Virus record (IMG/VR): IMGVR_UViG_3300033145_000568
Location: 1 to 61,649 of that record
Length of the DNA stretch: 61,649 nt
Strand: one strand, 5' to 3'
Source: a virus
Taxonomy: Duplodnaviria > Caudoviricetes
Part shown: positions 56,484 through 61,649 of the stretch, in pieces
Numbering within the stretch: position 1 is the first letter of the stretch
How the letters are laid out: every line of letters begins with the position of its first letter
The notes under the pieces: generated by a model
What the model was told of the DNA's origin: nothing
Seen by the model: only the letters and a program-made list of their open reading frames with translations
Database searches by the model: none
Made by a program: the position numbers and the translations under genes

Positions 56484-57062
56484 ATGAAACGAGTATACCC
56501 AATCAGAAAGATCGAGCAGATCAACAGGATTAGGCGAAACCTGAAGAAGCCGAAGACCGCTGTTTTCTATGCGCTGTTCGTGATCGGCGTGAATACCAAT
56601 CTGCGCGTGAGCGATCTTCTCAACCTTAGATGGAAGCAGTTGTGGGTGGAGGGAACGCACAAGTTCCGTGACAACATCTTCCTCGGCGAAAAGAAGACCA
56701 AGAAGACAAGGCGTATCAAGATCTCGGACAATATGCAGGAAGCCCTTCTCTATCTACTTGAGAACATCAGACCTCCTAAGCCCACAGACCCGATCTTCCG
56801 CAACAAGAAGACTAAGAAGGTCTACTCTCGTGAGTACATATCTAGGCGAATGGGCGTAGAGGGGCGAAAGGTAGGGATCCAAGATCCGATCGCTATCCAC
56901 TCCCTGCGGAAGACCTGGGGCTACCACGCAGCCGTGACCTTCCATCAGCCGCTTGTCCTTGTCCAGGCAGCATTCAACCACGCCAGCGAGGGCGAAACGA
57001 TGGGCTATCTGTCCATCAACGACGACGATCTCGAAGATGTATACGATGCAGTTGCACTATAA
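56484..57062 (+). CDS. Tyrosine recombinase, catalytic domain only
   Basis: LRVSD (R), KTKK (K), HSLRK (HxxR), NH, MGYL (Y). Confidence 0.9.
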   Translation: MKRVYPIRKIEQINRIRRNLKKPKTAVFYALFVIGVNTNLRVSDLLNLRWKQLWVEGTHKFRDNIFLGEKKTKKTRRIKISDNMQEALLYLLENIRPPKPTDPIFRNKKTKKVYSREYISRRMGVEGRKVGIQDPIAIHSLRKTWGYHAAVTFHQPLVLVQAAFNHASEGETMGYLSINDDDLEDVYDAVAL

Positions 57063-57069
57063 AGGAGGA

Positions 57070-57456
57070 ATGATGGAAACGAAGTGGACAAAAGGACCAT
57101 GGAGTGTCGATGGAAATGGAGACAACCTTACTGTGTTCATGCCAAGTATCAACGGGCATCCGCATCGCGCCATTGCCATCAGCAATGACATACCAACAGA
57201 GGAATATGTTGGTACTGGTGTAGCTATGATTGTTTGGCCAGAAGAAGACGATAGCCTGAAACTGCGCAAGGAAATGATAGCCAACGCCGATCTCATCTCA
57301 GCCGCACCAGAGCTGTATGAGGCACTGGAAAAGGCTCTCAAGACCATCGAGGACGACAATTTCTACCGACAAGAAGAGGATAAGGCTAAGGAGAAAGCCT
57401 TGTATCGCGCTGTCTTGGCCAAGGCCCGGGGCAAGAGCAAGAGCGAACCAATATAG
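57070..57456 (+). CDS. Phage protein of the WTKGPW...ANADLISAAPEL family
   Basis: Motif; AGGAGG RBS. Confidence 0.7.
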   Translation: MMETKWTKGPWSVDGNGDNLTVFMPSINGHPHRAIAISNDIPTEEYVGTGVAMIVWPEEDDSLKLRKEMIANADLISAAPELYEALEKALKTIEDDNFYRQEEDKAKEKALYRAVLAKARGKSKSEPI

Positions 57457-57473
57457 AGTGAGGAAGGCAAGCA

Positions 57474-57920
57474 ATGATAAAATGGGACCCCAAGCGAGTG
57501 GGCAAAGCATTGCGAAAAGCTCGTCTTGAACATGGGTGGAGCATGAACGCGATGGCGAACCGGACGGGCATCAAGAGCCAGACAATCAGCAGAATCGAGC
57601 GGGGGGTAATGCATCGCCCTCCGAAACAAGCGACACGGCAGAAGTTAGAAGCAGAGCTAGGGATCGATCTACTGATCCCTCAGAACACTTCGCGGACGAT
57701 CAGCGTGTACATCCCGCCCGAGGAGATAGGCTACTTAGAAGAGGCCAGAAGCGCGTTCCCAGACAAGAACGCAAGCCAAGCGGTACTGGAGGCATTGAAA
57801 GCCTGGTCGGAACACCGAGCGATACTGGCGAAATGGAAGAAGGAGCACGACGTAAACTACAAGTATCAGATTGAGCGCATAGCAATGAAACACTATCTGC
57901 GAAACAAAAAGGCTGCATAA
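57474..57920 (+). CDS. XRE HTH regulator with RHH-like C-terminal part
   Basis: LRKARLE..SMNAMANRTGIKSQTISRIERG; TISVYIP..ASQAVLEAL. Confidence 0.8.
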   Translation: MIKWDPKRVGKALRKARLEHGWSMNAMANRTGIKSQTISRIERGVMHRPPKQATRQKLEAELGIDLLIPQNTSRTISVYIPPEEIGYLEEARSAFPDKNASQAVLEALKAWSEHRAILAKWKKEHDVNYKYQIERIAMKHYLRNKKAA

Positions 57921-57954
57921 GCAGACACAGCAAAACAAGAACAAGGAGGTCAAA

Positions 57955-58227
57955 ATGAACGAGAATCAAGCGGGATGGGTCATTGGGCTGCTGATAGTGG
58001 TCATTGGGCTGCTGTGTGGAGAGATCTGGGTTGCACTATTCGCGCCAAGCGAATTACAAACATGGAAATACACAATTGTGGCTCCCGATGACACCAATTT
58101 GAGAACAACGATGCGCGAAATGGGAAACAAAGGGTGGGAGATTAGCTTTGCCCGCCGCGTCTATGATTCATCAACCGAAACAGCCGTCTACGAGATGATA
58201 TTCAAACAGCCAATGAAAGGAGAGTGA
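57955..58227 (+). CDS. Membrane-anchored DUF4177-like protein
   Basis: N-terminal TM; WKYTIV..MGNKGWEI..IFKQP. Confidence 0.6.
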   Translation: MNENQAGWVIGLLIVVIGLLCGEIWVALFAPSELQTWKYTIVAPDDTNLRTTMREMGNKGWEISFARRVYDSSTETAVYEMIFKQPMKGE

Positions 58228-58745
58228 GAACAATGAAAGCACGAATTAGAGCAGGAGCATGGGTTGGGCAAGACTTCACACAAAAGCAGTGGCCAATTGA
58301 GGAAGGAACAGAACACCTGATCTTTGAGGCCGAGGACATTAGGGGCGGACGCTTCAGGTGTACTGCGCGTGGATTCGGCGAAAGGCCCCACTACGGCAAC
58401 GGGGCGTTGTACGTTGAGCGGCGGGATCTGATCCCCATCACAAGACAGACGGCGGGCTGGTTCACTGACGATGAGGGGAAAGATCATCGGGTGAGCGACG
58501 TGATGGAAGAGCTGACCACATTGGAAGCAGGTTTTCGAGCAGCCTTGAAGCACATTGATCCCACAACAGCGATGTATGTAGCAGACCCAGTGCGGCGGGT
58601 CAGAGAACTCTCACTCAGCGCAGGGGACCGTGATGACATTGAGGCAATCCGAAAAGCGCTCGGGATGATGGAAACAAAGGGAGGCCCCAAGTATTGGATG
58701 AGGATAAAACTCGAAGGCAACAAACCCAGTCCAGCAGGGCGATAA
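58224..58745 (+). CDS. Hypothetical protein
   Basis: Coupled overlap. Confidence 0.6.
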   Translation: MRTMKARIRAGAWVGQDFTQKQWPIEEGTEHLIFEAEDIRGGRFRCTARGFGERPHYGNGALYVERRDLIPITRQTAGWFTDDEGKDHRVSDVMEELTTLEAGFRAALKHIDPTTAMYVADPVRRVRELSLSAGDRDDIEAIRKALGMMETKGGPKYWMRIKLEGNKPSPAGR

Positions 58746-59048
58746 CACACACCAACATCACACAACACCCACAACGCACCATTTAAGCGACACACGGAAA
58801 CAAGAGCACACAGCGGCAATGCGGGCAGGGACACAAGGGCCAAGGGAGGGATCACTGAGGCCCTTTTGTGTGACTGTCCGCAGGAGAGTAAAACACGATT
58901 GTGCTATCCCTATCATTGCTACTGCCACAGATAATGGGGCGGGCGAAGGTGGGCGAACGTTTTTGGCCTGAATCTGGTTGTTGAAGATCCACAAACTCAA
59001 GCATTGGACGAAGAAGAACAACAGGTGATCAAGATACCCGGATCTGGT

Positions 59049-59089
59049 TACAAGGCAAATCGACTGAGAGGGGTCGTAAATCCTCTCAG
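59049..59089 (+). repeat. Dispersed hairpin element, copy 4 (inverted)
   Basis: Reverse complement reads ctgagaggatttacgacccctctcagtcgatttgccttgta. Confidence 0.85.
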
Positions 59090-59178
59090 AGGGGCGGGGA
59101 GGGAGAAGGAGGGGAAGCGAGGGGTTCCAGTGGAGGGAAATAGGCGGAAATTTGATGTCAGGGGGATCTCAGCAAGGA

Positions 59179-59215
59179 GGCACCCCCGCGTTTTTTAGTG
59201 AAGCGCGGAGGTGCC
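59179..59215. terminator. Long hairpin at the convergence of the two transcription units
   Basis: GGCACC-CCCGCGTTT...AAGCGCGG-AGGTGCC. Confidence 0.5.
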
Positions 59216-59243
59216 ATGATCAGAATGGTGGAGAAACGGTTGC

Positions 59244-59510
59244 TTAGTTAGCCACAGACGGACTGTAGTGAGTCTCCCCTGATGCGTCGGTTGGACTCGG
59301 GGGTGCGTCAGTTGGGGCCAGGCTCAACCTTGTCTCATTCAACCACTCAGAGGAAAGGATCGTTCCATCCTCCTTCAGCTTACCGGGATGGACAAGGTAT
59401 TGAACGCAACCCGTCTTGTAGAAAACAACGCCAACCACCTTCCCTGTGAACCCAGAGTACTCATCTTGCACGGTATTGCCAAAGCCAAACTTTGCCATGA
59501 AATCCATCAT
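59244..59510 (-). CDS. Conserved phage hypothetical protein
   Basis: FGNTVQDEYSGFTGKVV..TGCVQYLVHP..WLNETRL. Confidence 0.7.
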   Translation of the reverse strand: MMDFMAKFGFGNTVQDEYSGFTGKVVGVVFYKTGCVQYLVHPGKLKEDGTILSSEWLNETRLSLAPTDAPPSPTDASGETHYSPSVAN

Positions 59511-59620
59511 AGACCTCCTTTTGGTCTTGTGTGTTATCTCAATCTGTTCCCGCAGTGGACGCGGCTTCTAGCAGCGGCAACCGCCATTCATCAACCATTT
59601 CTACGCCACGCACTACAGCA

Positions 59621-60010
59621 TCATCCTTGTGGATCGGCATTTTGTAAATCAGCATCATGGACATTCTCTTGGTCTTGCAGATTAGCTTGTGCCCCTGGGT
59701 CAACCAGATCGTCCTTTTCACCATCGCTATTGGTCAAAGCCACAGTAGAAGACAGATTCTCCTTTTTCTTTCTTGCCTCGATTGTGGCCACCTCAATCAA
59801 ATCGACTGGACTGGATGGCTTGATCGGAGTGCGGCAGTTGGGGCATTCAAACCGCTGTCGCATTTGCCCGCCACGACTACCGTTATGCACCTGTCCCATC
59901 TCATCACTGGCCAATTCCTTTACTTTGACCACTCGCGGATGAATTCCTATCCACCCACAAACCGCGCAACTGTACACATCAAGCTCAAGCTTCGTGTGTC
60001 CCATTTTCAT
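59621..60010 (-). CDS. Zinc-ribbon protein
   Basis: CAVC..CPNC. Confidence 0.6.
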   Translation of the reverse strand: MKMGHTKLELDVYSCAVCGWIGIHPRVVKVKELASDEMGQVHNGSRGGQMRQRFECPNCRTPIKPSSPVDLIEVATIEARKKKENLSSTVALTNSDGEKDDLVDPGAQANLQDQENVHDADLQNADPQG

Positions 60011-60422
60011 CCTCCTCTAGCTCTTTCCGCAGCGTGTTGCTGATAGTGTTGAAGGCGTGCTTCGTGTAATCGCCAATCGGCGCTTTGAGCGCATCCTCCC
60101 ATTTTCCATCAGGAGCATAATCAACGATTGCCGCTGCTGCTTCTTTCCTTATGAGCTTTGCCTTCTTCTGTTTCTCTGTCCAGAAATGGAAAGCCATAGC
60201 GCAATAGTCTTTCCCAAAGGACAGAACCCGATTCTTTTGCTCGATAGCAATTTCTTCCAAAGCCCCATCGCTGATTGGTCTGTCAGGAATCAAGATATGC
60301 ACCACACAGCGCGGAATCACCAGCGAGAAGCCAGGCATTGGCCCCAGTGGAACCTCACGGATGTAAAGCCTCATAGCCTCATAGCGTTCAGTTGATCTAT
60401 CAACTTCTCTGTTCTTCATCAT
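59985..60422 (-). CDS. Hypothetical protein
   Basis: AGGAGG RBS. Confidence 0.65.
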   Translation of the reverse strand: MMKNREVDRSTERYEAMRLYIREVPLGPMPGFSLVIPRCVVHILIPDRPISDGALEEIAIEQKNRVLSFGKDYCAMAFHFWTEKQKKAKLIRKEAAAAIVDYAPDGKWEDALKAPIGDYTKHAFNTISNTLRKELEEDENGTHEA

Positions 60423-60431
60423 GCCTCCTTC

Positions 60432-60761
60432 TCAAGTCACGCTCTTCGCCTGCGCAAAGAAAATCACAAATACCTTTCTCAGAACATCGTCGCCAATATG
60501 TGGATGAATCCGTCGCCAGAAAGCAAGGAAATCATCTAGGGAATCGTAGCCCAACGTCCAATACCACCTATGCGCTGCAGCATCAACCGACATCTTGGTT
60601 ATTGATGTGATCACGCACAACAATCCGGTGCGGCCTGCATAAAAGCAATCGCCCACCCGCATCCCGGCCTTTTTCACGCGAACTGTGGCGCTAATCCTGC
60701 GATCTAGCAGCATCTGATACTGGTCTGGCAAAAACTCTAGGACTATCAACCTGCCAGCCAT
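60432..60761 (-). CDS. ASCH domain protein
   Basis: LLDRRISATVR..VGD..LGYDSLDDFLAFWRRIHP..VFVIFF. Confidence 0.75.
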   Translation of the reverse strand: MAGRLIVLEFLPDQYQMLLDRRISATVRVKKAGMRVGDCFYAGRTGLLCVITSITKMSVDAAAHRWYWTLGYDSLDDFLAFWRRIHPHIGDDVLRKVFVIFFAQAKSVT

Positions 60762-60782
60762 GATCCGCCTCCCTTCCTTCGC

Positions 60783-61586
60783 CTAAAACGGAACCCCTTC
60801 ATGGTCTTCCGTTTCATCTTGTGGATCTTCGATATTCCGTTCTACTGGCTCATCCTCTACCTTCCCCGTAAACCGGCCGCCACCCATGATTGAGGCAATC
60901 ATTGCAAAATTGTCACCCACATAAGCCTCGTAGGTCTCTTCACAGGCCGCCATCTCCTCATCACTTAGAAAACGATGAGAATCGAAAGTCATCTTAAAAT
61001 ATCTCCGAATACCTTCCCCTGCCCCTACGCCGCCCAGAGTAATCTCTGCCGAGAACAGATCCTTTCCCGATCTATTGAGTACAGTCATCATCCGGCTCGC
61101 AGCAGGTATTGACGTGCCACGGACACTGAAAATGAACGGCGTGCTTGGATTATCAGGCCGCACCGCCAGGAAATTCCAACTCACTGTACACTTTGGCGGT
61201 TGTCTTTTGCCTTCTTCGTCCTGGTTCCATTTCGCATACTGGCAATCCGCACACATTCTTGGCGGTATGTCATCCCTCCAGAACCCAGGTTGGATCCATG
61301 TGGGGGCATTGTCATCAGCAGAGCGGCAAAGCACATCTGAGCTATCTTCCTCGGGATCGAATAAGACGCGTGACTTGGACATAAAAAGCGGCACAATGGT
61401 CAATTGATCCGTTGCTTCAGTCTCGCCACCCAAGTTAAACTCAAAGACTCCTGTCTTACCATTCAACCGCACTCGCGGCAAAATTGCATCTTCAGGGCTG
61501 AAATTCTGAAACCCACGGCCACTTGCCCCGGGATGATAGATACCCGGAACCCCTGCCTGCCCTCTTTCTTCTACATCATCAGTCAT
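60783..61586 (-). CDS. Single-stranded DNA-binding protein-like
   Basis: LCRSAD..CADCQYAKW..PPKC; acidic tail ending in PF. Confidence 0.6.
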   Translation of the reverse strand: MTDDVEERGQAGVPGIYHPGASGRGFQNFSPEDAILPRVRLNGKTGVFEFNLGGETEATDQLTIVPLFMSKSRVLFDPEEDSSDVLCRSADDNAPTWIQPGFWRDDIPPRMCADCQYAKWNQDEEGKRQPPKCTVSWNFLAVRPDNPSTPFIFSVRGTSIPAASRMMTVLNRSGKDLFSAEITLGGVGAGEGIRRYFKMTFDSHRFLSDEEMAACEETYEAYVGDNFAMIASIMGGGRFTGKVEDEPVERNIEDPQDETEDHEGVPF

Positions 61587-61649
61587 GATAGCTCCTCTTT
61601 CTCTATATGTTCCGCAATCGCATCCTTGTATTCCTGCGGTAACGCATCA
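61536..61649. repeat. Terminal direct repeat, right copy
   Basis: Exact copy of 1-114. Confidence 0.95.

Larger units (their letters stand above)
1..61649. mobile_element. Complete tailed phage genome (siphovirus-like, probably temperate)
   Basis: Terminase, portal, protease, capsid, tail tube, tape measure and replication genes all present; circular overlap; tyrosine recombinase present; no tail sheath gene seen. Confidence 0.93.

Noticed and set aside
59049-59089. Hammerhead ribozyme in the dispersed element (CUGAGAG)
   Set aside because: No CUGANGA plus GAAA core and no three-stem junction
1-61649. Alternative genetic code or stop-codon reassignment
   Set aside because: Core genes are full length in code 11, all three stops are used, and no clear suppressor tRNA is present

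Overview
This window looks like a complete, circularly permuted siphovirus-type phage genome of about 61.5 kb; bases 1-114 are repeated exactly at 61536-61649. No host chromosomal genes are visible. Most genes are on the minus strand. They cover replication (initiator, DnaC-like loader, SSB-like protein), membrane/lysis genes with no recognisable endolysin, a long tail module, HK97-type portal, protease and capsid, a lambda-gpA-type large terminase, a beta-class DNA methyltransferase, ThyX-like and MazG-like genes, and two atypical tRNAs. A plus-strand island (51.6-58.7 kb) carries RadC/JAB, a short tyrosine recombinase and an XRE regulator. The clearest system is a compact diversity-generating retroelement (DGR) inside the tail module: target 15219-16514, VR 15231-15337, TR 15032-15138, RT 13810-14892. 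All 18 TR/VR mismatches fall on TR adenines, and no avd gene is recognisable. Less expected observations: (1) a CBM5/12-like mini-module in five unrelated proteins; (2) a four-copy dispersed hairpin element co-oriented with transcription; (3) a cloverleaf ncRNA with an over-long central arm between two non-canonical tRNAs; (4) a scattered packaging module with an apparently leaderless terS; (5) a second tail-tube paralogue with carbohydrate-binding inserts; (6) a hub/fibre gene that may be split around the fibre+DGR cassette. All product calls come from reading motifs by eye; no database searches were run.
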